A stretch of DNA of 64,000 nucleotides from Candidatus Rokubacteria bacterium 13_2_20CM_69_15_1 (GTDB lineage Bacteria > Methylomirabilota > Methylomirabilia > Rokubacteriales > CSP1-6), in the NCBI GenBank assembly GCA_001914535.1, contig MNCR01000141.1, positions 10,262 to 74,261 of the forward strand, read 5' to 3'. Positions within the stretch are counted from its first letter, which is position 1, and each line of letters starts with the position of its first letter. The position numbers and the translations under genes are program-made. The notes under the pieces are model-generated. The model was not told where the DNA came from. It did not search any database and was given only the letters and a program-made list of their open reading frames with translations. Positions 18,975 through 32,396 of the stretch are shown here, in pieces.

Positions 18975-19658
18975 CTAGTAGGTACCGGGCCGCACCTGCT
19001 TGTAGAGCTCCCTGAGCCCGTCGGCGGAGAAGGTCGGCGATTGACAGTAGGCGATGATCTTCCGCTCCTCAGCCTCGATCTTGGCCACCGCCTCGGGGAG
19101 GCGCGCGGCGATCTCCGGCGGGATCGTGAGCGCGCCGTGGTGGTCGGCGTGGACCAGGTCGCCGGGCTTCACCCAGAGCCCGCCGACCTTGACGGGCAAG
19201 CCGAAGTCCACCATGTGGACGTAGGCGTGCGACACCGAGACGTGCGCGGCGGCGAACTGGAAGCCAAGCGCGCGCACCTCGTCGAGGTCGCGCACCGAGC
19301 CGTCCGTCAGGACGCCGGCGCAGCCGAGCGCCTTGTGGATGTTCGCCTGGACCTCACCCCACTGGGCTCCCTGGCCGCGCGGATCGTCGAGGTCGTGGAC
19401 GACGACGACGCGCGGCGCCGGAATGGACCGGACGTAGTCCCACCACCCGAACGTGGACGCCCGGTGCCCGTCGGAGGGCGCGGGCTCCGCGCGGATGAGC
19501 GCGGTGACCGCGTAGCCGACGAGCGGCCCAAGCTCGGGGAAGAGCGTGCGGATCTCGGAGGACATGAAGCCCTGGCTCCGTGGGCGGACGTTGAACGTTT
19601 CGATGCCGTTTGCGAGGCTCGGGCTCGAGATCTTTTTGAGGGCGTGGATCGCATCCAT
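18975..19658 (-). CDS. RraA-like / HMG-aldolase family protein
   Basis: 227 aa. Shows GEVQANIHKALGCAGVLTDGSVRDLDEV and GDLVHADHHGALTIP. Confidence 0.8.
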   Translation of the reverse strand: MDAIHALKKISSPSLANGIETFNVRPRSQGFMSSEIRTLFPELGPLVGYAVTALIRAEPAPSDGHRASTFGWWDYVRSIPAPRVVVVHDLDDPRGQGAQWGEVQANIHKALGCAGVLTDGSVRDLDEVRALGFQFAAAHVSVSHAYVHMVDFGLPVKVGGLWVKPGDLVHADHHGALTIPPEIAARLPEAVAKIEAEERKIIAYCQSPTFSADGLRELYKQVRPGTY

Positions 19659-20307
19659 CAGATCGTGTCCTTTCGCCGCTGGATCAGCAGGGCCTTCAGC
19701 CGTTCCGCGGCCTCCTGCACGGAGGACAGGTTCGGGTTCACGGCGAGCGCGCGCTCGAAGTACTCGAGCGCCCGCGTGGGCTGATCGAGCTGGAGATAGA
19801 TCATCCCGTAGCCAGAGAGCGCGCCGAAGTGGTACGGGTTCCGCTTGAGCACCTCGTCGCAGTCGGCGAGCGACTTCGTGTACTCCCCCAGGAGGTAGTA
19901 GACGGTGGCGCGCTTGTTCCACCCTTCGGCGAACTCCGACCGCCGGGTGATCACCCGCGTGAACGTCGCGATCGCGGCCTCGCCCTCCCGCGCCTGCATC
20001 TGCTCGACGCCGATGGCGAAGAGGCGGTCGGCCTCCGCGTCGCCCGAGCGGCTCCACACCTGCCAGATCGCCTTCTCGGCGAGCGCGCGGACCCGCGCGT
20101 CGGCATCGCGGAGCGCGCCCACCAGCGCGGGGACGTCTGCCATCGCGCCCTGTTCCCCGAGCCAGCGGACGGCCCGTCGCCTCGCGTCGGCGTCGGCGGT
20201 GCCGGCCAGCGCCCGGAGCGCCTCCACCCGCGTGAGCTCCTCGGCGTGCGCCACGGGCGCGGCCGGTGCCACGAGCAGGAGAGCCAGCGCCGTCGCGCCG
20301 GCGAGCC

Positions 20308-20311
<4 letters not shown>
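19658..20311 (-). CDS. Secreted HEAT/TPR-repeat protein
   Basis: Signal peptide VRLAGATALALLLVAPAAPVAHA. HEAT-like DADARRRAVRWLGEQGA / LRDADARVRALA segments, then TPR units (YYLLGEYTKSLADCDEVLKRNP). GTGA overlap with the Kelch gene. Confidence 0.75.
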
Positions 20312-24438
<4,127 letters not shown>

Positions 24439-24442
<4 letters not shown>

Positions 24443-24598
24443 CTTGGGGAGGGCGGGGCGGCGGGGGTTATTCGACCACGCGGCTCGCGCGCGCATGGCC
24501 CGTTGCCGCTGGGCTCCATCATGGCGCGGCATCGTACGCATTTAACATGGCGGGAACGGGTCTCACACCCCCCGCCGCCCCCGCCCTCTCCAAGTCAG
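24439..24598. repeat. ~160-bp element bounded by ~30-bp imperfect inverted repeats, between convergent genes
   Basis: Left arm CTGACTTGGGGAGGGCGGGGCGGCGGGGG (24439-24467). Right arm is the near-perfect reverse complement, ending at 24598. Both convergent stop codons (24440-24442 and 24595-24597) lie inside the arms. Confidence 0.7.
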
Positions 24599-25503
24599 CG
24601 GCGTGCTTTGGCTTCGGCGATCAGCTTTTCGATGCGAGCACGCTCTTCGCCGGGCGGCACCACGGCGACGAACTTCTCCCAAGAGCGGATCGCCCCGGCC
24701 GTGTCCTTCTTCGACTCATACAGCACCTGACCGCGGTAGAGCAGCGCGGGTGGGTACTCGGGGTCGATCGCCAGCGCGCGCTCGAGCGTCTCGAGCGCCG
24801 TGTCCGCGTGGCCGCCGATCGCGACGATGAGGCCCAGGTGGGTCAGCGCGTCCACGTTCTTGGGATCGCGCTTGAGGACCGCCTGATACGCGGCGATTGC
24901 CTCACCGTAGCGTCCCTCGAAGAGGCTCGCGCGCGCGGCACCGAGCATGCCCTGGAGGACCTCGGGCGTGACGGCTCGCGCGGCGCCGGGCGCGGCGCCA
25001 CGACGGGCCGCTCCACCCGCTGGCGGTACCAGCGCCAGCGGACCCGGCACGGGGGCACGGACCGGCCGGTCGGGCTCGGTGTAGCGCACCACGCCGGCGC
25101 CAAGCGCGATCCCGAACGCGAGGAGCAGCACGGCGCCCGCCGCCAGCGCCCCCGGATGGCGCCAGGCGGCGCGCGATTCCACGACGCGCGCCGGCGGAGG
25201 CGACGGTGCGGGCGCCCCAGGGCCGAGGCGGTCGAGCTCCGTCAAGACGGCGGCCGCCTCGCGCTCGTAGCTGGCACGGAGCTCGGCGTAGTCGTCGTCC
25301 CCGATGTGGCCCGCCTCGTGCTCGAAGCTGAGCTCGCGGAGCGCCCGGAGCGTGGTACCCTTCCGCTCCTCGAGCTCGCCGCGTCGGTCCGGCGGGGACC
25401 CCAGGAACGCCCGCGACCGGCCCCGCGCGCCGAGGAACGGCCACAGCACGAAGGCAAAGGCCGGGACGCCGAGCGCCAGGGCCGCGAGGAGGATCCCCGT
25501 CAC
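24595..25503 (-). CDS. ccmI: Cytochrome c maturation protein CcmI/CycH-like (TM + TPR)
   Basis: N-terminal TM helices, then TPR repeats (YGEAIAAYQAVLKRDPKNVDALTHLG...). GTGA overlap with ccmH. Confidence 0.75.
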   Translation of the reverse strand: MTGILLAALALGVPAFAFVLWPFLGARGRSRAFLGSPPDRRGELEERKGTTLRALRELSFEHEAGHIGDDDYAELRASYEREAAAVLTELDRLGPGAPAPSPPPARVVESRAAWRHPGALAAGAVLLLAFGIALGAGVVRYTEPDRPVRAPVPGPLALVPPAGGAARRGAAPGAARAVTPEVLQGMLGAARASLFEGRYGEAIAAYQAVLKRDPKNVDALTHLGLIVAIGGHADTALETLERALAIDPEYPPALLYRGQVLYESKKDTAGAIRSWEKFVAVVPPGEERARIEKLIAEAKARR

Positions 25504-25970
25504 GGCTCCGTCTCTGTCTCGCGCCGGATGCGCTCGCGCATCGCGGGATCCACGCGAGGGGGCGTACTCGCCGACGCGGGTCGTCGAGTCCACCTCCAGA
25601 CCAGCGTGGAGACGATCGCGAAGCCGATCGCCACGGCGGCGAGCGGGGCGAGCCACACGAGGAGGGTAAATCCGCTTCGTCGCGGCGAGAGGAGGATCCA
25701 CTCGCCGTAGCGGTCCACGAAGTACTGGATGACCCGCGCCGGGCTCTCGCCCGCCTCGAGGCGCTCGCGCACGATCGCGCGCATCTGTCTCGCCATCTCC
25801 GACGGTGAATCGGCGACGGAGAGGTTCTGACAGACGACGCACCGAAGCTCGGCGGCGACCTCGTGGACCTGGGACTCGGTCACGGCGCGCGTCGGCGCCT
25901 GGGCGCCACGGGCGGGGTCGGCGACGAGGACCGCCAACAGCAAGACGGCGGTCGCGTACCGTCCCTTCAT
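25500..25970 (-). CDS. ccmH: Cytochrome c-type biogenesis protein CcmH/CycL
   Basis: Signal peptide plus the LRCVVCQNLSVADS motif (LRCxxCQN signature). Confidence 0.88.
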   Translation of the reverse strand: MKGRYATAVLLLAVLVADPARGAQAPTRAVTESQVHEVAAELRCVVCQNLSVADSPSEMARQMRAIVRERLEAGESPARVIQYFVDRYGEWILLSPRRSGFTLLVWLAPLAAVAIGFAIVSTLVWRWTRRPASASTPPRVDPAMRERIRRETETEP

Positions 25971-26503
25971 CCCGCCGGCTCGGCGAGCAGCGCGTCGACG
26001 TGGACCCGGACGACTCCGTCGGTGAGCGCGCCGACGTGCTTGGCGCGGATCCGCCCGCGCCGGTCGATGAAGAAGGTCTCCGGCACGCCGTACGTGCCGT
26101 AGTCCACCGAGACCTTGCCGCTCGGGTCGCGCGCGTTCGGGAAGGTCAGGCCGAAGTCCCGAACGAAGTTCTTGGCCGCCTCGGTCGTGTCCTGGATGTC
26201 CACGCCGATCACGACGACGCCCCGGTCGCGGTACGCCCGCCAGCTCCGCTCCAGGACGGGCGCCTCGTCGTAGCACGCGGGGTAGCACCACGAGGCCCAG
26301 AAATTGACGACCACGACGCGGCCGCGCTGGGCCTCGAGGGTGACGGGCGCGCCGTCGAAAGCGGTGAGCGTGAACGAGGGAGCGGGCCGGCCGACGAGCG
26401 GCGAGGGGATCTCGCGAGGATTCACGCGGAAGCCGTAGGCGAGCAGCGCCAGCACCGGCAGGGCCGAGGCGGGGATGAGCCAGCGCCACGCCCGACGACT
26501 CAC
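25967..26503 (-). CDS. ccmG: Thiol:disulfide interchange protein CcmG/DsbE (TlpA-like thioredoxin fold), atypical CYPAC site
   Basis: VVVNFWASWCYPACYDEAP and GVPETFFIDRRGRI. The active site is C-x3-C rather than C-x2-C, confirmed on the DNA at 26273-26287. Confidence 0.88.
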   Translation of the reverse strand: MSRRAWRWLIPASALPVLALLAYGFRVNPREIPSPLVGRPAPSFTLTAFDGAPVTLEAQRGRVVVVNFWASWCYPACYDEAPVLERSWRAYRDRGVVVIGVDIQDTTEAAKNFVRDFGLTFPNARDPSGKVSVDYGTYGVPETFFIDRRGRIRAKHVGALTDGVVRVHVDALLAEPAG

Positions 26504-28443
26504 GCGCCCTTCCGCCTCTCCGGCAGGATCGCGAGCAGCGCGCCCAGCGTCAGCACGAGCCCACCGATCCAGATCCAGCTGACGAGACGGTTCACGAGGA
26601 GCTTGACCGTCGCCTGCGAGCCGTCGCGGGCGAAGTCGCCGAGGACGAGGTAGATGTCCTCGTTGAGCCCGAGCCGGTAGTCCACGTAGGCGATCGGCGA
26701 CTGCTCTTGCGGATAGAACTTCTTCGCGGGCCGGAGCACGCCGAGCACGCGGCCGTTGGAGACCGTGAACGCGCCCGCGACCTTGAAATGGTTCGACTCC
26801 TCGGAGGCGGTGAGGTCCTCGAAGCGGACGCGGTAGCCGGCGAGCTCCGCGGACTCCCCGCGCCGGAGCGTCGTCTCGGTCTGTACCGACCAGGCCTGCG
26901 AACCGGTGACGCCGACCGCGATGATCAGGATGCCGAGATGGACGACGAAGCCGCCGTAACGCCGGTTGTGGCGGAGGAGGAGCCCGCGCATCGCCGGGAA
27001 GAGCCGCTCGCCCACCCGGAGGCGCGCGCGCGTGGCCCGCGCGAAGTCCACGGCGATCGTGGCGGCGACGAAGACGGTGAGCGCGAGCGTCAGCACCGCG
27101 ATGGCCGACCGCACGCCGAGCGCGAAGAAGCCCGCCGCGGCCACGACCCCCACCAGCACGGGCGCGAGGAAGTTCCGTCGGAGGTTATCGAGCGAGGCGC
27201 GCCGCCAGGCGATCAACGGCCCCACGCCCATGAGGAAGATGAGCGCGAGAAAGAGCGGCACGTTGACCTGGTTGAAGAATGGGGCGCCGACCGAGACCTT
27301 CACGCCCCGCGCGACCTCGGAGAGGAGCGGAAAGACCGTGCCGAAGAAGACGGTGAAGGTCACCGCGACGAGCAGCACGTTGTTGAGGAGGAAGGCGGAT
27401 TCGCGCGATACGATCGAGTCGAGCGCGCCCTGCGCGTGGAGCGCGTCCCAGCGCCACGCGAGGAGACCGAGGCCGGTGAGCAGCACGAGCGCGAGGAAGC
27501 TCAAGAAGAAGGCGCCGATCGCGCCCTGCGTGAAGGCGTGCACGGACGCGATCACTCCGGAGCGCGTCAGGAACGTGCCGAAGAGAGTCAGGCCGAAGGT
27601 CAGGATCACGAGGGAGAGGTTCCAGAGCTTGAGCATCCGCCGCCGCTCCTGGATCATCACCGAGTGCAGAAACGCGGTGGCCGTGAGCCACGGCATGAAG
27701 GCCGCGTTCTCCACGGGGTCCCACGCCCAGTAACCGCCCCACCCGAGAACGTGATAGCTCCACCAGCCGCCGATCAGGAGCCCGAGCGAAAGGAAGTACC
27801 AGGCGACGATCGTCCAGCGCCGCGTCAACGTGATCCACGCGTCGCCGACTCGCCCGGTGATCAGCGCCGCCAGCGCGAAGGCGAAGGGGACGGTGAGCCC
27901 GGTGAAGCCGAGATAGAGCGCGACGGGGTGCGTGATCATCCCCGTGTCCTCGAGCAGGGGGTTGAGCCCGCGGCCGTCGGCGGGCACCGGGCTCGACCGC
28001 GCGAACGGCGGCGCCGCCACCGTCATCACGAGCAGGAAGAACGCGAGCACGCCCAGCATGACGGTGAGGACCCACGGGTAGAACGCGCGCGCGCTCACGC
28101 GGTGCCGGAGGATGACGATCACCGTGTAGAGCGCGAGCATCCAGGCCCAGAGGATGATCGAGCCCTCGAGGGCTCCCCAGACCCCGGTGATCCGATAGTA
28201 GAACGGGGTTCCGAGGTTCGTGTTGGTCGCGACGTAGCGGACGGAGAAATCGAAGGTGAGGAAGGCGTACGTGAGCAGCGCGAAGCACGCCGTGACGAGG
28301 ACGAAGACCCCGACCGCCGCGTGCTGGGCGGAGAGCAGGAGCGCCGGCCGCCCGGTGCGTGCGCCGAGCGCGGCGGTCACGGCGCCCCACAGGGCGAGGG
28401 CCAGCGCGACGATGGCCGCGCCGTACCCGAGCTCGGGGATCAC
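26500..28443 (-). CDS. ccmF: Cytochrome c haem lyase CcmF
   Basis: VIPELGYGAAI start, a WGGYWAWDPVENA WWD-type motif and ~15 TM helices. GTGA overlaps on both sides. Confidence 0.93.
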   Translation of the reverse strand: MIPELGYGAAIVALALALWGAVTAALGARTGRPALLLSAQHAAVGVFVLVTACFALLTYAFLTFDFSVRYVATNTNLGTPFYYRITGVWGALEGSIILWAWMLALYTVIVILRHRVSARAFYPWVLTVMLGVLAFFLLVMTVAAPPFARSSPVPADGRGLNPLLEDTGMITHPVALYLGFTGLTVPFAFALAALITGRVGDAWITLTRRWTIVAWYFLSLGLLIGGWWSYHVLGWGGYWAWDPVENAAFMPWLTATAFLHSVMIQERRRMLKLWNLSLVILTFGLTLFGTFLTRSGVIASVHAFTQGAIGAFFLSFLALVLLTGLGLLAWRWDALHAQGALDSIVSRESAFLLNNVLLVAVTFTVFFGTVFPLLSEVARGVKVSVGAPFFNQVNVPLFLALIFLMGVGPLIAWRRASLDNLRRNFLAPVLVGVVAAAGFFALGVRSAIAVLTLALTVFVAATIAVDFARATRARLRVGERLFPAMRGLLLRHNRRYGGFVVHLGILIIAVGVTGSQAWSVQTETTLRRGESAELAGYRVRFEDLTASEESNHFKVAGAFTVSNGRVLGVLRPAKKFYPQEQSPIAYVDYRLGLNEDIYLVLGDFARDGSQATVKLLVNRLVSWIWIGGLVLTLGALLAILPERRKGA

Positions 28444-28874
28444 CGCCCCGCCCCCTGGAGCGTGCGGATAAGCTCGCGATACCCGGCGGCGCTCGCGTCG
28501 TGGGGCGCCTTGTACTCCTCGGAGTGCTTGGCCAGGATGAGCCCGGCCCTGAAGTAGCCGTCGGCGCTCCACGTGCCTTCGACGACGGCGCCGCGGCCCT
28601 CGCCGAAGAGGTCGGGCGGCGTCCCCTTGTGGTGGACCGCCACCGTCGCGGTGCCGTCACCGAGAGTGAAACGCAGGTCGAGGGTGCGCGGCTCCCACGT
28701 CAGCGACCCGGGCACGACCAGGCCGCCGAGGCGGTACGCCTTCCCGGCGACGGCGGACGCGCGGAGCTCGGCGGGGGTGACGAAGTAGACGGCGGACTGC
28801 GTGACGCCCGCGTAGATCATGTAGGCGAGGGCGGCGGCGATGACGATGCCGCCGACGATGAACTTGGGCCTCAT
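28440..28874 (-). CDS. ccmE: Haem chaperone CcmE
   Basis: Membrane anchor, OB fold and LAKHSEEY, the haem-binding His region. Confidence 0.92.
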   Translation of the reverse strand: MRPKFIVGGIVIAAALAYMIYAGVTQSAVYFVTPAELRASAVAGKAYRLGGLVVPGSLTWEPRTLDLRFTLGDGTATVAVHHKGTPPDLFGEGRGAVVEGTWSADGYFRAGLILAKHSEEYKAPHDASAAGYRELIRTLQGAGR

Positions 28875-28884
28875 GGCACCCGGG

Positions 28885-29055
28885 TCATCGTTGCGGGGTC
28901 GACGGTCGGGTCCGAAGCTCGGCGCGCGCGGCCCCGCGCCGGTGCTCGAGCGCCGCCAGCTCTCGCTCCCGCCGGTTGAGCCGCCGCCAGTAGCCGCCGA
29001 GGACGAGCGCCGCGAGCCCGTAGGCGGCGAAGACGAAGGACCAATTGTCGCGCAT
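28885..29055 (-). CDS. ccmD: Haem exporter protein CcmD
   Basis: 56 aa, with one TM helix (WSFVFAAYGLAALVLGGYW) followed by a basic tail. It occupies the canonical position between ccmC and ccmE. Confidence 0.65.
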   Translation of the reverse strand: MRDNWSFVFAAYGLAALVLGGYWRRLNRRERELAALEHRRGAARAELRTRPSTPQR

Positions 29056-29711
29056 CAGGCGAGGACCTCCTGCTCCCGCTTCAGGAGACGCACGCGCTTG
29101 GCGACGAAGTAGCCATAGAGGAGCGCGAACGCGGCCAGATTGATCGTCAGGGCGGCGACGAACGTCGCGTCCATCGGGATGCTGCCGGGCCGGAGCACGG
29201 TCGGCGGCTGGTGTAGCGTCCGCCACCAGTACACCGAAAAGTGAACGAGCGGGATGTCGAGCGCCGCGACGATGCCGAGCACGGCGGCGAAGCGAGCCGC
29301 CTGCTCGCGATCCTCGAGCATCGCCCGCAGCAGCAGATAGGCCAGATAGATGACGAACATGATCGAGACGCTCGTGAGCCGTGCGTCCCAGGTCCACCAC
29401 GTGCCCCACGTCGGCTTGCCCCAGATCGATCCGGTCGCGATGTTGATGGCGGTGAAGATGACCCCGACCTCCGCCGAGGCGTGCGCGAGCCGGTCCGCTC
29501 CCGCGGCGCGGCGCCAGAGATAGGTCGTGGAGGCCACCAGCACGACGCCGAACGCCAGATAGGCGACGAGGATGGCGGGGACGTGCAGGTACATGATGCG
29601 CTGGACGTTGCCCTGCGTCGCCTCGCGCGGCGCGATGCCGAACGCCACCACCAGCCCCGCAGCCAGGCCGATCGCCGCCAACCATCCGAGCGCGCGCTGG
29701 GGGTCCTTCAT
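29055..29711 (-). CDS. ccmC: Haem exporter protein CcmC
   Basis: WGKPTWGTWWTWDARLT WWD motif, 218 aa. Confidence 0.92.
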   Translation of the reverse strand: MKDPQRALGWLAAIGLAAGLVVAFGIAPREATQGNVQRIMYLHVPAILVAYLAFGVVLVASTTYLWRRAAGADRLAHASAEVGVIFTAINIATGSIWGKPTWGTWWTWDARLTSVSIMFVIYLAYLLLRAMLEDREQAARFAAVLGIVAALDIPLVHFSVYWWRTLHQPPTVLRPGSIPMDATFVAALTINLAAFALLYGYFVAKRVRLLKREQEVLA

Positions 29712-30385
29712 GCTTCCAGGATGGCGTCGAAGGTCAGGACGCCGACGGTGAGATAGATCGCGTCGGCGGCCGCGAGGAGCCCGAGCCAGTGGGCGACCGT
29801 GTCGAGCGGCTCACCGCGCAGCACGGCCTCCGTCGCCTTCACCGCGCCCAGGAGCACGGGCACCTGCACCGGAAGCAGGAGGACGGGGAAGAGCAGCTCG
29901 CGCGCTCGGACGTGCGCCGTCATCGCGGCGAAGAGTGTGCCGACCGCGGCGAAGCCGATCGTGCCCAACCCGATGACGGCGGTCAGGCGGATCAGATGGG
30001 TCGCCAGGTCGATGTTGAAAAAGACGGCGAAGAGGACGAGCAGGATCGCCTCGACGAGCACCATCAGCACCAGATTGCCGGCGACCTTGCCGAGATAGAT
30101 CGCCGACTTGTCGCCGGGCATCATCACCAGGCCCTCCCAGCAGTCGTTCTCGCGCTCGGCCAGGAACGCCCGGCCCAATCCGACGAGGCCGCTCAAGATG
30201 AACCCGAGCCAGAGCAGACCCGGCAGGGCCGCGGTGAGGCGCTCGCGGTCGGCGCCGAGGGCGAACTGGAAGAGGAAGAGGAGCAGCAGCGCGAAGAAGA
30301 AGAGCGCGTTCAGCGTCTCCTTGGAGCGCCGTTCGCTGAGGAAATCCTTCCACAGCACGATCCAGGCGCGGCGCGCATAGATCAC
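29708..30385 (-). CDS. ccmB: Haem exporter permease CcmB
   Basis: 225 aa, six TM helices. GTG start with GTGA overlap to ccmA, in the expected position. Confidence 0.88.
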   Translation of the reverse strand: MIYARRAWIVLWKDFLSERRSKETLNALFFFALLLLFLFQFALGADRERLTAALPGLLWLGFILSGLVGLGRAFLAERENDCWEGLVMMPGDKSAIYLGKVAGNLVLMVLVEAILLVLFAVFFNIDLATHLIRLTAVIGLGTIGFAAVGTLFAAMTAHVRARELLFPVLLLPVQVPVLLGAVKATEAVLRGEPLDTVAHWLGLLAAADAIYLTVGVLTFDAILEA

Positions 30386-31101
30386 GGCCCGTCCTCCGCG
30401 TGGAGCTCGTAGAGCCGCCGCACGTCGTCGGGCGTGAGCGCGCCCAGGGGCGTGTCGAGCGCGACGCGTCCGGCCGCCAGGACCGCCATCCGGTCGGCGA
30501 CGGGGAGCCCACGGCCGAAGCTGTGCGTGGTCATGAGGAGCGCGCCGCCGGCCGCCTTGAACGCGCCCAGGTGCCCGTCGAGCCACTTTCCCGCCCGCTG
30601 GTCGATGCCCGCGAAGGGCTCGTCGAGAAGCAGCACGGACGGGCGGGCGAGGACGAAGCGGGCAAGCGCGAGCCGGCGCTTCATGCCCAGGGAGAACGTC
30701 CGCACGCGCTCGTCGGCGACCCGGTCCAGCTCCACGGCCGCGAGCGCGCCGCCCAGCGCTTCTCGGCTCCGCGGCAGCCCGCCGAGCGTCGCCCAGAATC
30801 GCAGATTCTCGAACGGGGTGAGGTCTTCGTACACCCACGCCCCGTGCGCGAGCAGCCCCACGTGCGCGCGGACCTCGGCCGTCTCCCGAAGACAATCGTA
30901 GCCGGCCACCCGCGCCGTGCCGCGCGACGGCCGCAGGAGCGTCGCCAGAATCCGGAGCAGTGTGGTCTTGCCCGCGCCGTTGGCGCCGAGGAGGGCGACG
31001 GCCTCTCCCGGACGAACCTCAAGGCTCACGTCGTCGAGCACGACGTGGGCTCCGAACGCCTTGCGGAGGCCGATCACCTGAATGGGTGGATCTAGCGCCA
31101 T
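30382..31101 (-). CDS. ccmA: Haem exporter ATPase CcmA (ABC)
   Basis: Walker A GANGAGKTT, signature-like FSLGMKRR and Walker B LLLDEP. Confidence 0.9.
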   Translation of the reverse strand: MALDPPIQVIGLRKAFGAHVVLDDVSLEVRPGEAVALLGANGAGKTTLLRILATLLRPSRGTARVAGYDCLRETAEVRAHVGLLAHGAWVYEDLTPFENLRFWATLGGLPRSREALGGALAAVELDRVADERVRTFSLGMKRRLALARFVLARPSVLLLDEPFAGIDQRAGKWLDGHLGAFKAAGGALLMTTHSFGRGLPVADRMAVLAAGRVALDTPLGALTPDDVRRLYELHAEDGP

Positions 31102-31192
31102 GCGTCGATCGACTCATTCTCACGTAGCGCCGGGGGCCGGTCAAGGAAGCGACGCGACGGGTCTCGACGACCCCGCCCGTCAACCCGACCCA

Positions 31193-32020
31193 TTAGCGCG
31201 CCGCATCGACGGTAAAGAATCGGTGGAGCAGAAGAATGACCGCCAGCATGTCGACCGCGCCGCCCCATCCCCACATCACGACCCCGCCGAGCGCCTGATC
31301 GTCCAGCGGACTGAGCCCCCCCGGCTCGGGCGACGCCGCGTATGAAGGATAGAGGATGCTCGGGCTCGCCGCGAGCAGGAGCCCGAGGGCCGCGCTCTGA
31401 AGCGCGCCCGTGACGAGATAGACGACGCGCAGGACGGGATGGGCGGATCTGGCGACATGGGGTGCGGGGTTGACGACGGGCCACCAGAAAAGGAGGGCAC
31501 CCGTGAAGAACGCGAGATGCTCGAGGTCGTGGAGGCGGCGATCGTCGAGCGCCGCTTCGTACGCCCACGGCAGATGCCAGAACCACAGGATCCCCGCGTA
31601 GCTGAGCCATGCGACGGGCATCCGCGTCAGGATCTGCCAGACGTACCGCACGGGCGCGCCGCGCACGAGGAGGCGGCCGGCCCGGACGCGGGCCCACGCC
31701 GGCAGGGCCCAGAAGAGCGCCGCCAACGGGTCGGCGAGGAGGAGGGCCGGCGCCGCGACGCTGACTAGCAGCATGTGCTGAACCATGTGGGCGGCGAAGC
31801 GGCGATGCGCGAGGGCGTCGAGACCGGAGAGGAGCGCCAGGGCGACGCTCCCGAGGCCGGCCAGGGTCAGGAGAGGTCGCCACCACGACACCCGTCGCCG
31901 GGCCCGTCGTGAGAGGCGCCACCAGCCGACGGCGTAGCCGCTCCCGACGAGCAGGAGCAGAGCCAGGATCGCCGGCCGGTGCGTCCCGATCAGCGGCGGA
32001 GGGCCAGGATCGTGACCCAC
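31193..32020 (-). CDS. ctaG: Cytochrome c oxidase assembly factor, Caa3_CtaG family
   Basis: Polytopic membrane protein with FAAHMVQHMLLVSVAAPALLLADP and WHLPW motifs. Start uncertain (GTG at 32020). Confidence 0.8.
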   Translation of the reverse strand: MGHDPGPPPLIGTHRPAILALLLLVGSGYAVGWWRLSRRARRRVSWWRPLLTLAGLGSVALALLSGLDALAHRRFAAHMVQHMLLVSVAAPALLLADPLAALFWALPAWARVRAGRLLVRGAPVRYVWQILTRMPVAWLSYAGILWFWHLPWAYEAALDDRRLHDLEHLAFFTGALLFWWPVVNPAPHVARSAHPVLRVVYLVTGALQSAALGLLLAASPSILYPSYAASPEPGGLSPLDDQALGGVVMWGWGGAVDMLAVILLLHRFFTVDAAR

Positions 32021-32082
32021 ACGAAGAAGGCGATGGTCCCCACGAGGAACAGGCCGAACGCGAGCTTCTCGACGGCGCTCAA
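31990..32082 (-). CDS. 30-codon hydrophobic micro-ORF (TTG start)
   Basis: My own translation is (M)SAVEKLAFGLFLVGTIAFFVWVTILALRR, a single TM helix with a basic C-terminus. It overlaps the annotated ctaG start by 31 nt. Confidence 0.25.
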   Translation of the reverse strand: MSAVEKLAFGLFLVGTIAFFVWVTILALRR

Positions 32083-32092
32083 GGACTCACCG

Positions 32093-32197
32093 CTAGAACA
32101 GTGAGACCAGACCCGACAGCGCGTTGAAGAGGATCTCGAACACCAGGACCGCCAGATTGAGAACTGCCAGGGACAGCAGGATGCGCTCGACGCTCAT
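32093..32197 (-). CDS. 34-codon hydrophobic micro-ORF
   Basis: MSVERILLSLAVLNLAVLVFEILFNALSGLVSLF, one TM helix. It starts 5 nt after the stop of the upstream gene. Confidence 0.3.
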   Translation of the reverse strand: MSVERILLSLAVLNLAVLVFEILFNALSGLVSLF

Positions 32198-32201
32198 CGC
32201 C

Positions 32202-32396
32202 CTAGGGTCCCACCGCGAGGCCGGGCCCGAGCCCGCCCCAGTACTTGAACACATAGTAGATGCCCCAGACGGCAAGGAGAGCGTAGACCACGAGCAGCCA
32301 CTTGTTCACGATGCCGTGATACGCGCGGATCTCTCCGCGGGCGTATTCCTCGACTGCGCCGTACTTTGGGTGGGGCTCAGGAGTGCCTTCGCTCAT
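32202..32396 (-). CDS. Small single-TM protein in the cbb3 cluster (CcoQ-like position)
   Basis: 64 aa, TM segment WLLVVYALLAVWGIYYVF. ATGA overlap with the upstream ccoS-like ORF. Confidence 0.5.
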   Translation of the reverse strand: MSEGTPEPHPKYGAVEEYARGEIRAYHGIVNKWLLVVYALLAVWGIYYVFKYWGGLGPGLAVGP

